From NCBI RefSeq assembly GCF_001194135.2, contig NC_068990.1, positions 53,467,745 to 53,502,386 on the forward strand: a DNA stretch of 34,642 nt, in the 5' to 3' direction. The notes beneath the pieces are model-generated. The model did not search any database and was not told where the DNA came from. It saw only the letters and a program-made list of their open reading frames with translations. This document shows positions 22,549 through 34,276 of this stretch, in pieces. The DNA comes from Octopus bimaculoides. Lineage: Eukaryota. Both the position numbers and the translations under genes were made by a program. Each line of letters opens with the position of its first letter. Positions within the stretch are counted from its first letter, which is position 1.

Positions 22549-23306
22549 ATATTCCTTTCCTGAGCGTCCAATAATACTATCCATATCACGTCCTCACTTT
22601 GTTGTTTTTTTGTTTTTTTGTTATTGTTTTTTTGAACTATATATATATATATATATATATGTAGATCACAACCCCGCGCACACACATTCACACACGCACA
22701 TATACAGATACATGCACATACACACACACTACATATACATACACGCACACACATACTTCAAACTCCTAGTCAAACACCTTTCTACTGATCATTCCTCTAC
22801 GCACATGTGAAGAGACACACAGCTACACAACACACAACACCACTCCTGTAACCATGCTGCTGAATACTTCCTACAACATTAAGAAACAAAAGTTCATTCA
22901 CACATACACATATAAACAGCCAAGACCACACGAACACCACACGCACAACACATACTCACATACGCACACATGCGTGCTATTACACACACACACACACACA
23001 CACACATACCCACACATATACACACATACCTCCTTCTCCTACACTCTCCCGTCTTAGAAAGAACATTTTTTTACCCATTCCCTTTCGCTCATTTCAAAAT
23101 GTAATCACTTGTGAATCGTTGGCGATTTTCTTCCTCCGTCTTCCTTTCTATTGGACTTTCCTCTGTTTCTGAAGAAGAGCGTTGCTCGAAACGTTAAACC
23201 ATCTTTCTTTCCTTCCCTGAGCGTCTGTTAATACTCTACATGTACCACGTCCTCGCGTTATTGATTTTTGTGCTTGTTGTTCTTGTTTTGGATTTACTAT
23301 ATATAT
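22549..23306 (+). mobile_element. PLE-derived remnant with direct terminal repeats (pseudo-LTRs 22549-22652 and 23209-23306)
   Basis: Both ends carry ttcc.t.cctgagcgtc..taatact...cacgtcctc...T-rich...actatatatat. A hammerhead motif lies immediately 5' of the right copy; weak AEYFLQH remnant inside. Confidence 0.65.
23165..23199 (+). ncRNA. Minimal type I hammerhead ribozyme motif (dimer-type, palindromic stem III)
   Basis: gttt-CTGAAGA-a-GAGC-gtt-GCTC-GAAA-CG-TT-aaac. Perfect 4-bp stems I and II; self-complementary AACGTT. Confidence 0.78.
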
Positions 23307-23384
23307 TTTAATTTATGTATATATTCATATTATCTTGGTTGAAAAACGTCGATAATGCGAATGTTTATAATTATATATATATGT

Positions 23385-23510
23385 ACATATATATATGTAT
23401 GTATGAATGTATGTATGTATGTATGTATGTATGTATGTATGTATGCATGCATGCATGCATGCATGCATGTATGTATGTGTGTGTGTGTATTTATGTATGT
23501 ATATATATGA
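23385..23510. repeat. (TATG)n/(TGCA)n/(TG)n microsatellite
   Basis: Direct reading. Confidence 0.95.
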
Positions 23511-23519
23511 ATATATCTT

Positions 23520-23685
23520 TTACTTGTTTCAGTCATTAGACTGCAGCTATACTGGGACACAGCCTTGAAGAATCTTTAGTCGAAAGAATTGACCCCAGTA
23601 CTTCTTTTCTCATTTTCAAGCCTTGCATGTATATTATCGAGATCTTTTATCGAACTGCTAAGTTACAGTGACGTAAAGACACACA
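23520..23685. mobile_element. Decayed SINE fragment
   Basis: tttacttgtttcagtcatt.gactgc...ttgaccccagtactt...gctaagttac...gacgtaaa; recognised as an octopus-type interspersed repeat from memory. Confidence 0.5.
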
Positions 23686-23711
23686 CACGCATGGATATAT
23701 AAATATATATG

Positions 23712-23860
23712 TGCTCTTTTCTGTTTCCACCTACCAAATCAACTCACAAGGCTTTGGTCAACTCGAAGCTATTGTAAACGATACTTCCCCAAGGAATCAT
23801 GTAGTGCGACTGAACCTGAAGCCATGTGGTTGGGAAGCAAGCTTCTTACCACATAGCCAC
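23712..23860 (-). mobile_element. tRNA-derived SINE head fragment, third family
   Basis: Minus strand gTGGCTATGTGGtaagaagcttgcttcccaaccacatggcttcaGGTTCAGTCGC (A-box-like and B-box-like). Confidence 0.6.
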
Positions 23861-23882
23861 GTGTGTGTGTGTGTGTATATAT

Positions 23883-24076
23883 NNNNNNNNNNNNNNNNNN
23901 NNNNNNNNNNNNNNNNNNNNNNNNNNNNNNNNNNNNNNNNNNNNNNNNNNNNNNNNNNNNNNNNNNNNNNNNNNNNNNNNNNNNNNNNNNNNNNNNNNNN
24001 NNNNNNNNNNNNNNNNNNNNNNNNNNNNNNNNNNNNNNNNNNNNNNNNNNNNNNNNNNNNNNNNNNNNNNNNNNNN
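23883..24076. other. Assembly gap
   Basis: N run within TA/TG microsatellite. Confidence 1.
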
Positions 24077-25364
24077 ATATATATATATATATAAGTATAT
24101 GTACACATGCGCGCGCGCACATACACACACACAAATACACACACACATGTTTGCTGCTTATTGTGAACACTCCGTGCAAAGCTCTTTCGATAATGATGAT
24201 TGGCTGATAACAATAATAGTAGATAGTTTTGTACTTCTAATAAGCAGTTTCGATTATGAGTGTGTATATATATGTGTGTTTGTGTGTATATATTTGAACA
24301 ATCATCTGTCGTTATATAATATGGATATGTTGCATTTTAATGAAAGTACAGATGTGTGAGAGATGGAGAGTTTGGAATGGGATCAATATCAATCGAGATA
24401 GACTATTGATACGTGTGTGTGATCATGACAGTATTGTCACATAAGAATTATGTTGACTGCATGTATGTATATATTTATGTGCTTGTGTATGTGTATGCAT
24501 GTGTGAGCGTGAGTGTAGCTTCATTTAACTCCTTATTTTTTCTTATGCAGTCTAAAGATGGACGGCACAATAACATTATCACCTGAAAGCGTTGGGAAGA
24601 AACGATCAAGCTCCTCCAGGAAGAAGGGGAAAAGTAAACACTGGAATATTTCAGTCTATTGAGGGAATGACAAACGAGAATCCAGTCAATTTTGAGTCCA
24701 AAAATGTTAAAAAGACGATAAATCTAATAAGAGGCTTTAGTCGAATGTTGTATGGCTTGTCTGGGTAGGAGGATGGGCAGTACTTAAGGTATTTCGCAGC
24801 GATTCCGATTCTACTGGAGAAGAGAGGGGAGGAAATGTCATCAGATTTGGGACCAGATGTGAATACTTGAATCAGACTGGACATTAGGGAAGATATCCAT
24901 AGATCAGATGGCGGTGGTGTTCATCCCAGCGACGATTCAAATCTGGTTGAAGCCTCAAACCAAGTTTCAGATATTTTGATGAGTGTACGAGATGTTTGTC
25001 TATCTATGTGCGTGTGTGCGTATGTGTGTATGTATGTGTGTGTGTTTGTGTGCGTGTGCGTGTGCGTGTGTTAGAAACTTCCTTTCTCAGTAAAATGTTT
25101 TACGGTTTTGGTAGAACGAAATCTACTGAAGACTTCCTCTTCCCTGCAACACACAACTAGTTTTTTTTCACCGGTGAAAGCAATCTTATTACACTTGACA
25201 TCAACAAAACATTGAACCTTGACTGACACACGAATCTCGTGCAAAGAGATTATCAGTCAATCACCACTTCGATATGAATATCGTCCACTCAGTTCTGTTT
25301 CCTAATTATCTATTACCTGTTACTTCAAACAATACAAAAAAACGCGCGCGCACACGTACACACA

Positions 25365-25365
<1 letters not shown>

Positions 25366-25421
<56 letters not shown>
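25366..25421 (+). repeat. (CT)n-(CA)n microsatellite
   Basis: Direct reading. Confidence 0.97.
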
Positions 25422-25459
25422 CAAACGCCATCGAATTGATTGGCACATAGTTACCAGTA

Positions 25460-25720
25460 TTTTACAAAAACTAGTCTTCAGGATCACCGTTCGTCCTGTT
25501 TTTCCAACTAATTCTACGAGTTGTTCTCCGAACGAAGAAAGTTTCATCTTCTTCCCACGCCGACCCGTCACACTTTCCATCGTTGGTTTTTTATTCTGCT
25601 TTCTTTAACCACACAGTCAATATCTTGTCAATAATTCTTGCTCTCTGGAATTCTTCCCCTGCCCACATATTCTCTATAGATACCAACTGACGTTACAAAC
25701 AGAACATGAGCATTATTGCT
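25460..25720 (-). mobile_element. Possible decayed RTE-type LINE fragment
   Basis: Minus strand DGSAWEEDETFFVRRTTRRISWKNRTNGD resembles YGxExW...FxRRxLRISWxDRVTNEEV. Confidence 0.35.
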
Positions 25721-25789
25721 CTCAGTACTCAATACCTGTCCATAAAGTTCGTGGATGCTACTTTACAATAACCTCAGACTAAATAATAA

Positions 25790-26002
25790 TAATCCTTTGT
25801 ACTATAGGCACAAGGCCTGGAATTTGGAGGAGGGGATAAATCGCTTAAATCGACCCCAATACTCAATTGGTACTTATTTTATCGACCCCGAAAGGATGAA
25901 AGGTAAAGTTGACTTTGGCAAAATTTGAACTCAGAACGTGAAGACGGACGAAATGCCGCTAAGTATTTTTCCCGGCGTAATAATTATTCTATCAAGTCAC
26001 CG
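25790..26002 (-). mobile_element. tRNA-derived SINE (family of 8564-8787) embedded in (AAT)n
   Basis: Reverse complement carries ctgagttcaaattttgccaaagtcaactttacctttcatcctttcggggtcgat; AAT repeats on both sides. Confidence 0.87.
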
Positions 26003-26006
26003 TTTT

Positions 26007-26041
26007 ATAATAATAATAACAATAACAACAACAACAACAAC

Positions 26042-26115
<74 letters not shown>
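26007..26115 (+). repeat. (AAT)n/(AAC)n microsatellite
   Basis: Direct reading. Confidence 0.98.
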
Positions 26116-29100
26116 GGAAGCCTTGCTAGTGTCAGTAAGGAATGTGGGAATATTGAAGCCTTGCTAGTGTCAGTTAGGAATGTGAAACTTGAAAACTTCG
26201 ATGAGGGCCCTACCAAAAAGGAATGTTTGTGTCATCATTCCTTTCAGACTCGCCCATTAGACAACCTCTTTCGCCACAATCACGAGACAAAGGAAAACTG
26301 CCTTGCCTGCCCGATTAAAGGAGGGTGGCGGGGCAATCATCATTATGGACTCAGCTGACAGATGGATCTGTCCTACATGCGACAGCAACTGTTCCACATA
26401 ACTCCAAAAGTCCGGACACTGAACGACTGCATGCAGAACAGTTTCGTCGCTCTGCGAGCACCTGGGACAAACATGTCTGATAGCACATCCGTGCCTGTAG
26501 AGTTTATTTCGAACCAGTAGCACTGCCAGGCCAAAGGCATCTGGAAATTAACCATAATAGTCCCGACCTAAAAATCCTCCGGAATAGACTCGCCAGTTTG
26601 TCTTCGTTGACGCCTTGGGTCTCTCCGAGGACGTCGTCGCACTTCCCTCTACTAATCCTCTGTATGTAGCTAAAGTGGAACATCCACTGATCCTATTGCT
26701 CGACTTGTAGAGGACAGTGACCGCCTGACGATATTCTAAGTGCCAGGCGCCTATCCTTTACCTAGGACTGCAGCTCCGTCAAGGAGACGAGCTGCAGAAA
26801 GGCGTGTCTCACAAACGGAGCACCCACACGTTCACCTTCTAGAAATTGTTGCAGGTGACGCAACTTGAGTGCTTGTCTGCGCACCAAAAGCCACGGCATG
26901 TCTAAACCGCCATGCAGAGAGAGTTGACAGTAGACCGTCCACCTAACCATTGGAACGCGTCTCTTCCAGAAGAAACGTGATACATTCCAGTCTAATCAAA
27001 CAGTAACTGGGGCAAGGCACGACGATCAGACGATAAATAATGACAGAGACGATGTAGGCATTCGCCACCTCTTCCCGACCTTTCAGGGACAACTTCCACT
27101 CTATCCATTTCTGGGTAAGACTTGTCATCTTGTTCGTCACCTCTTCCCAATTCTTATCCACCTGGCGGTTGGGACTAAACCAGACCCCGAGCAGTTTAAC
27201 TGGTCCGTCAGTGCAGCGTCCGACGGCATCAATCTGCCTCTTCAGATGCCCAGTTGCAATCACACCCACTTGTCGGCGTTGATTTTGGCTCCTGTAACCG
27301 ACTCATATTCCCTTACAATGGAGTCGACCGTCTCCACTTCAGCGGCGTCCGACACCACGACGTTAACGTCGTTCGCATATGCCGACACTTCCCTCCAGAG
27401 TTCAATTTCGAAAGGGAGACCTTTTAACTGTTCCAACTTCCGCAGCAGTGGCTCAAAAGCCAGCGCATGAGAATTGACAGCGGGCAGATTTGACGGACCG
27501 AACGTGCGATACTAAATGGGTTCCGATAGGTGGCCATTTACTTTGACCACCGAGCAGGTGCCGTTGTGTATTGCAGCAATCCAGCCTCTGAAAATGGGTC
27601 CGAAACCGACCGCTTGAAGGACGGCATCCAAGTAGTAATGGTCGACCCTATCGAAAGCTTCTGACAGATCTAAATTGATCAGGGCCGCACCAAAGCCTGC
27701 TTTACTCCCAGCCTTCTCTACGATGTATTGCATAAGGTGGAGGTTGTCGTAGATAGACCTGCTCGGGNNNNNNNNNNNNNNNNNNNNNNNNNNNNNNNNN
27801 NNNNNNNNNNNNNNNNNNNNNNNNNNNNNNNNNNNNNNNNNNNNNNNNNNNNNNNNNNNNNNNNNNNNNNNNNNNNNNNNNNNNNNNNNNNNNNNNNNNN
27901 NNNNNNNNNNNNNNNNNNNNNNNNNNNNNNNNNNNNNNNNNNNNNNNNNNNNNNNNNNNNNNNNNNNNNNNNNNNNNNNNNNNNNNNNNNNNNNNNNNNN
28001 NNNNNNNNNNNNNNNNNNNNNNNNNNNNNNNNNNNNNNNNNNNNNNNNNNNNNNNNNNNNNNNNNNNNNNNNNNNNNNNNNNNNNNNNNNNNNNNNNNNN
28101 NNNNNNNNNNNNNNNNNNNNNNNNNNNNNNNNNNNNNNNNNNNNNNNNNNNNNNNNNNNNNNNNNNNNNNNNNNNNNNNNNNNNNNNNNNNNNNNNNNNN
28201 NNNNNNNNNNNNNNNNNNNNNNNNNNNNNNNNNNNNNNNNNNNNNNNNNNNNNNNNNNNNNNNNNNNNNNNNNNNNNNNNNNNNNNNNNNNNNNNNNNNN
28301 NNNNNNNNNNNNNNNNNNNNNNNNNNNNNNNNNNNNNNNNNNNNNNNNNNNNNNNNNNNNNNNNNNNNNNNNNNNNNNNNNNNNNNNNNNNNNNNNNNNN
28401 NNNNNNNNNNNNNNNNNNNNNNNNNNNNNNNNNNNNNNNNNNNNNNNNNNNNNNNNNNNNNNNNNNNNNNNNNNNNNNNNNNNNNNNNNNNNNNNNNNNN
28501 NNNNNNNNNNNNNNNNNNNNNNNNNNNNNNNNNNNNNNNNNNNNNNNNNNNNNNNNNNNNNNNNNNNNNNNNNNNNNNNNNNNNNCCATGTCGCTTCTCT
28601 ACCGTTTGGGCCCATCGGACGGCTTTAGTCCCTTCGTGTTTTAGCACACGGGCCTTAGCTCTGACAATGCATCCTTCGTGGTTCGCCTCAAAGAAATGAT
28701 CAAGGGTCATTTTCGACGCTAACACGTCGATCGCGATGCCTTTACTAATAGCCTCTTCTAGTTTACTAACTAGTTCTCCCTCTAATCTTTTTCTTTCTAT
28801 TGCTAAATCTTTGCTAAACGCTATCGATTCTACTCTAATTACTCTCTTCAGAGCGATCTGCCACCGGCTGTTTACTTGTTTACGATAGCCGCCGTCAACT
28901 GCCGCTTAACTAGTTCACTAATCCTGTCCTTGTAGTCTTTGCGAGTTGGTAAGGACGCATTCAACTTCCAGTAACCAGGTCCTTGTCTACGGGTCCTATC
29001 TAAATCGATTGAGCATCTCACAAATTTGTGATCTGTGTAGCCGACCAATTTAAATTGTGTACAAGTTATACTATCCCTATCCTCTGACATAACAAATACG

Positions 29101-29237
29101 ATCTGGATGACCCACTGTGGTTGCTCCATGTCCACACTGGTACATCAGGGAAGTCCAGTCGGTACCTGTCAGAAAGCTTGAAAGTTCTGACCAGGTTTTC
29201 GAGGTTTTTACACTCGCTTCTGCTATGTACTAAACCC

Positions 29238-29660
29238 TCACTGTCCTTCCGTGCGTCCAAAATTCCATTCCAGTCCACCACTAATACTAATGTGCGAGAC
29301 GTTCTCAAGAATGTTTCTAGACGCCTGAAGAAATCTGGCCTTCCTGCTCCTGTTGGTACATAAACCGCCACCTTCGTTGCCTTCACGTCCAGGACTACCA
29401 CCCAACCACCCGGGTCCAGAAAGATAGCCGGTACTTGGAGATCTAAGGATTTCCAGAGTAGCACTACTACACCACCACCTGCTCTCAATAGACCACAAGA
29501 TGAAATTACCTCGTAGTCCCCGAAAATGGACGCTAGAGCTTCTTTCACTAATGACAGCCACATCTAAATCAAGCGACCTGAGATCATTGAACAAGTTACC
29601 TTGCTTCCAGGCTGAACCCAGACTTCGCACATTCACACACCCCATTTTCAGCACAGTCAT
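29238..29660 (-). pseudogene. LINE ORF2 apurinic-like endonuclease N-terminus (frameshifted)
   Basis: MTVLKMGCVNVRSLGSAWKQGNLFNDLRSLDLDVAVISE, the L1-type APE start. Confidence 0.85.
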
Positions 29661-30490
29661 GCTTGTCGGAGTGAGAAAGAGAGGTTATTCACCTTGATTT
29701 TCGAGAAGCCCGGAAGTTTCGGGCCTCTCTACTGGCGAAAATTTTCTAAAAGGTACTTCCAATAGCCTTTTATCAACTGATTTTTTTTAAATCTCCACAC
29801 TACATGGAAATTTTTCTCTTGTAGTTTTATAAACGTCGTTTTAGTTTAAAGTCTGCCTTTGCAGGTTTTGAGGATAAAATCTTCAAATTCCTTTCCTTCT
29901 GTCTCTATTTTGTTTTTTCGTTGACTTACAAAATCCATCAATTCACTGTTGTACTTGTTCATAACAGTGAATTTGATGCATATATTTCGTCTACAGTCTG
30001 ATGAATATTTATGTATTTGAAGTTCGGTAATTGGTTGTTTCTGTGTTTCTGTGATTTCTTGCTGTTGTTGATGATGTTGCTGTTTTTGAAATTGTTGTTC
30101 TTGTTCTTGTTTTTGTTGGAGAGGTTGTGAATCGTGTTGCAGTTGTGGTTTCAGTATACCCTTTTGTTGAGTTCTTGGAGTCGAGCTGTGTTCTCTCCTC
30201 CTCTTTCATCTACCACCTTTTGTCATTGTGATCCCTTGATCGTTCAGCTCTTCTTTCTCTATGTCATTGCAGTTGATGGTTTGGGAGGTAGAGCATTCAG
30301 GAGAAACTTGCCTTTCCGTGGCAACCGGGGGGTAGATTCCTTCTTTGTCTTGGTTTGGTAGTGGGTGTTCGCGTGCGTGTGGGTGTAGGCGTAGGAGTCT
30401 TGAACACTTGTTTATGATTTTGCATTTGTGGTGTTTGTAGTGTTGACAGCAGTTAGAGTTTAATTTTTCTTGTCTCAGGGTAGAAAGCCA

Positions 30491-31177
30491 TTAAGTGAGT
30501 GACAGCCCCACATAATGGCATCTTGGCCTTATACTCTCAACTAACACTGACAGGTGAGTATCATCCGGGAGATCGATTAGATCTGGTACCTGGTTGATAT
30601 GGTCTTGCTTACATTGTAAGGTCAGTTCCATACCTATACCTGACCAGTTTTGCTTAGGTATTTTCTTGACCTCCAGTATTGTGACTTCGTTTTCTAAACC
30701 TGCCAAGACGGCCGCAACTAACCAAGCGATGGATATTTCTGGTGGCAAATTTAACACCCTAATCTTGGCAAGGCGTTGGCCGCGATAGCTGGGGATTAAG
30801 AAGTTTTCGTTCCTCAAATTGGTCGCAGAATGACACTTGGCTTCTTCTTTCGTCTCAAGTCTCACCTCAATTGTTCCAAACTTCTTTCCTCTGGTGATGC
30901 GGGTCTTCTGTACCCACACGCGCCCGAGGCATTTTGTATTTAGCTCTCGACGTGACTTAACTCCGATGCAGCGGTATGTGACCGGGCATCGTAAGATATT
31001 CTCTATCATGTCGGATGGAGGGTTTAGAGTTACCTTTCTCCCATTCTTTTTTACAATTCTTGACCATTTTAGATCGTCTTCATCTATGCGGAAATTTTCC
31101 AAGTTTCTCGCTGCAGTCGCAAAAGAAACCGTTGTGGATGCGGTGGAAGTGATGATATTTACGTTTCTAAATTTCAC
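30491..31177 (-). pseudogene. LINE ORF1 (Tx1/L1-type, gag-knuckle-like), truncated by a frameshift
   Basis: 228-aa ORF in the position expected for ORF1; ends in RPRCHYVG, a broken CxxC knuckle. Confidence 0.72.
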
Positions 31178-31672
31178 TTTGTTAGTATCGTCGTCGTTGT
31201 TGTTATATTGTTGTTGTTGTTGTCGTCGTCGTCGTCGTCATCACTGCTGCTGATATTGCTATTGTTATCGTTGTCGTCACCGAAAGTTTTGACGTTGCTT
31301 AGAAACGAAAGTTTTGACGTCATTAAGTTTAGGCCATGCTATATTTTTGTTCTCATTTTTCTCCGACGAGAAACACGTTCCTTTGTCGAACATTATGATG
31401 GCTTCTTTATCAGCCATCTTTAACTGAATAATGAAAATAGCAAAATATTATTTTCTTCCGAAAGTTGTTAAGATGCAAAAACAATTGATGCACACCCCCT
31501 GTAAAGCAGAGGATGTTCTACGCAAAAGTACTATCTGCGCAGTCCAGACAATCTCAGAAATGTAATGGTAACCATAAAATGAAAACATGGGGCCTTAGAA
31601 GGACGAAAAGATTACAAACACCATTTCAACTTACGGAGCTCCAAATTTCCGTGACTTCACAGTATGGCGGCC

Positions 31673-31719
<47 letters not shown>
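31673..31719 (+). repeat. (AAT)n microsatellite (SINE tail on the minus strand)
   Basis: Direct reading; abuts the SINE 3' end. Confidence 0.97.
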
Positions 31720-31921
31720 CCTTTCTACTAAAGGCACAAGGGACCTGAAATTTGGGGGGAGGGGACTAGTCAGTTACATCGACCCCAGTACTTACTTTAT
31801 TGATCCCGAAAGGATGAAAGGCAAAGTCAACCTCGGCGGAATTTGAACGCAGAACGTAAAGACAGACGAAATGCCGCTAAACATTTTGCCCGGCGTACTA
31901 ACCATTTTGCTAGCTTGCCGC
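31719..31921 (-). mobile_element. tRNA-derived SINE (family of 8564-8787)
   Basis: Reverse complement gcggcaagctagcaaaatggttagtacgccgggcaaaatgtttagcggcatttcgtc..gcgttcaaattccgccgagg. Confidence 0.9.
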
Positions 31922-31989
31922 GTTGAGTCAGCTCGCCGAACAACACAAGATCAGTCTCCTCACTCGGAACTATCAAACTAATGTCATAC

Positions 31990-32404
31990 ACAATGGGGTA
32001 GACACTGCAATGACAGACTCAAGTTTGACTACATTGTTACCATCCTATGGGATTATGGGATGGATACAGACAAGCAAATAAATGATAACAGATAAAACAT
32101 CGTCAACAAAGACCTTAGACATAAATCATGCCTGTTAATTTATATGACAGTGCCTACTGATAGAAACATCTTAGCAAAAGAATTTGAAAAACTGTCGAAA
32201 TATAAGGCCCTTGAGATTGAGATATCTGGGACGTGGCAATTAAAAACTAAAACCATCTCTGTTGTTATAGGTGCTCTAGGAATGATCAAGAAGAGTAGTG
32301 ACAAATTTTTTGACCAAATCCCTGGAAAACTAACAATCTATGAGACTCAAAAAATTGTGTTGACATCAACCGCCTACATTCTCAGGATGTTTTTCTCCTT
32401 CTGA
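31990..32404 (+). mobile_element. R4/Dong-like LINE 3' end, restriction-like endonuclease domain
   Basis: WDYGMDTDKQINDNR*NIVNKD..CLLIYMTVPTDRNILAKEFEKLSKYKALEIEISGTW..VVIGALGMI..IPG..ETQKIVLTSTAYILR, a PD-(D/E)xK-type RLE; followed by an (AAC)/(AAT)n tract. Confidence 0.85.
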
Positions 32405-32476
32405 TATATACGTGCCTTAGGGCTCTGGTTGAGACCCGGTTGGAAGATGAAATAAAATGCAATGCAATCAGAAAAT

Positions 32477-32503
32477 AACAGCAACAACAACAACAACAAC
32501 AAC

Positions 32504-32565
<62 letters not shown>

Positions 32566-32573
32566 TGATGATG
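32477..32573 (+). repeat. (AAC)n-(AAT)n-(GAT)n microsatellite
   Basis: Direct reading. Confidence 0.97.
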
Positions 32574-33032
32574 TATCAGCACCACTACCTAAACTATTTT
32601 ATGTATGATGTGTATCTCCATATTATATCTAATCAGATATCTTTTGCATGTTGATACTTAGGGAAGTTTCTATAAGTAGTTCGTATCTAGTCTCTATCTT
32701 CACGCTATGATAATTTATGCAACTTCCACTGGAGAGATAATACACATCACCACCATTACCTAATAGTCTATTGCATGCGTATCTATCAAGACCAGCGTTT
32801 TTATATTATTAGATCTTATAAACTGTGAATATATGTCAGCATATATAAAGTGAGATATCTGCTAAATGGAATTTTCAGGTTTTATTTCATGTATCACGAA
32901 TATACTGTCAGATTAGGTTACATAATCTACTTCAGGAAAGTATTGTCTTATAGCTGAGTTTTAAAAGTTCAAATTCCTCCATCTTTGTTTTTATGAGAAC
33001 CAATTAAAATATGCACTGATATAATTTTATTA

Positions 33033-34276
33033 TCAGGTCATCCCATAAGTTCTGTCCGAATTTTGAATAAAGAAAACAAGTGATCAAATGTTATATTTAA
33101 TTGAAATTTAAGCATCAATGTACTTTCCCTGATTATCTATGACTTCCTTCCATCTATTTACAAGCTTTTTAATCCCATCAATGTAAAATGCTTTAGGTTT
33201 CAAAGCGAAGAACTCTGAAATGTCTGTTTCGACCTCCTCCTGACTTGCGAAAGTTATGTTCCCCAAATGATTCTGTAAACTACAAAACAAATGGTAGTCT
33301 GAAGGAGCAAGGTCGGGAGAATAAGGTGGATGAGGAATTTTTTCCCAACCAAGCTCTTCGATCTTCTATGATGTGATCTTTGCTATGTAGNNNNNNNNNN
33401 NNNNNNNNNNNNNNNNNNNNNNNNNNNNNNNNNNNNNNNNNNNNNNNNNNNNNNNNNNNNNNNNNNNNNNNNNNNNNNNNNNNNNNNNNNNNNNNNNNNN
33501 NNNNNNNNNNNNNNNNNNNNNNNNNNNNNNNNNNNNNNNNNNNNNNNNNNNNNNNNNNNNNNNNNNNNNNNNNNNNNNNNNNNNNNNNNNNNNNNNNNNN
33601 NNNNNNNNNNNNNNNNNNNNNNNNNNNNNNNNNNNNNNNNNNNNNNNNNNNNNNNNNNNNNNNNNNNNNNNNNNNNNNNNNNNNNNNNNNNNNNNNNNNN
33701 NNNNNNNNNNNNNNNNNNNNNNNNNNNNNNNNNNNNNNNNNNNNNNNNNNNNNNNNNNNNNNNNNNNNNNNNNNNNNNNNNNNNNNNNNNNNNNNNNNNN
33801 NNNNNNNNNNNNNNNNNNNNNNNNNNNNNNNNNNNNNNNNNNNNNNNNNNNNNNNNNNNNNNNNNNNNNNNNNNNNNNNNNNNNNNNNNNATTTTCTTCA
33901 AGTAATGCCTCAAAGAGATTATCATCAAACTCAACTGGACGTCCTGTTCGATCTCCATCTTCAAGGCTGAAATCTCCATTTCTAAATTTTGCAAACCATC
34001 TTCTGCAAGTTCTTTCATTCAAGCATTCTCTCCCATAAACTGAGTTTATGTTTTGAGTCGCTTCGGCTGCAGTTTCCTTTTTTGTACTCATAAAGCATTA
34101 TATGCCTTAAATGCTCTTTGGATACTTCCATGTTAGAAAGGGTTTTAATCAAAGAAATTTTAATTCTATTAATGCATAAAAATAATTTTTAATTCCATTA
34201 GGCATTCTAAAATACTATTAAATGTCATTCAATTTTGAAAAGGGTAAAATCGGACAGAACTTATAGGATGACCTGA
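33033..34276 (-). mobile_element. mariner transposon with both TIRs and TA target-site duplication; transposase 34131->33108 disrupted, gap at 33391-33890
   Basis: TIR tcaggtcatcc(c/t)ataagttctgtccga at 33033 and, inverted, ending at 34276; TA at 33031-33032 and 34277-34278. MEVSKEHLRHIMLYEYKKG /fs/ TAAEATQNINSVYG..ERTCRRWFAKFRNGDFSLED..GRP; C-terminus HPPYSPDLAPSDYHLF. Length 1244 bp. Confidence 0.95.

Larger units (their letters stand above)
26117..31330 (-). mobile_element. Near full-length L1/Tx1-type LINE (ORF1 + APE-RT-zinc-finger ORF2), pseudogenised, gap at 27768-28585
   Basis: ORF1 30491-31177 (KIRVLNLPPEIS..SVLVESIRPRCHY knuckle start); APE 29238-29660 (MGCVNVRSL) and 29066-29563 (DWNGILD..PVWTW); GPGYWKLN; RT (ALINLDLSEAFDRVDH; SAYANDV; VKLLGVWF); zinc finger VCPRCSQSDETVLHAVVQCP. 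The 5' boundary is approximate. Confidence 0.92.

Noticed and set aside
25320-25580. ORF MESVTGRRGKK... with a possible GTAACT donor as a first exon
   Set aside because: No recognisable protein; an overlapping frame fits a decayed RTE-like motif better, and the ORF runs into a microsatellite.
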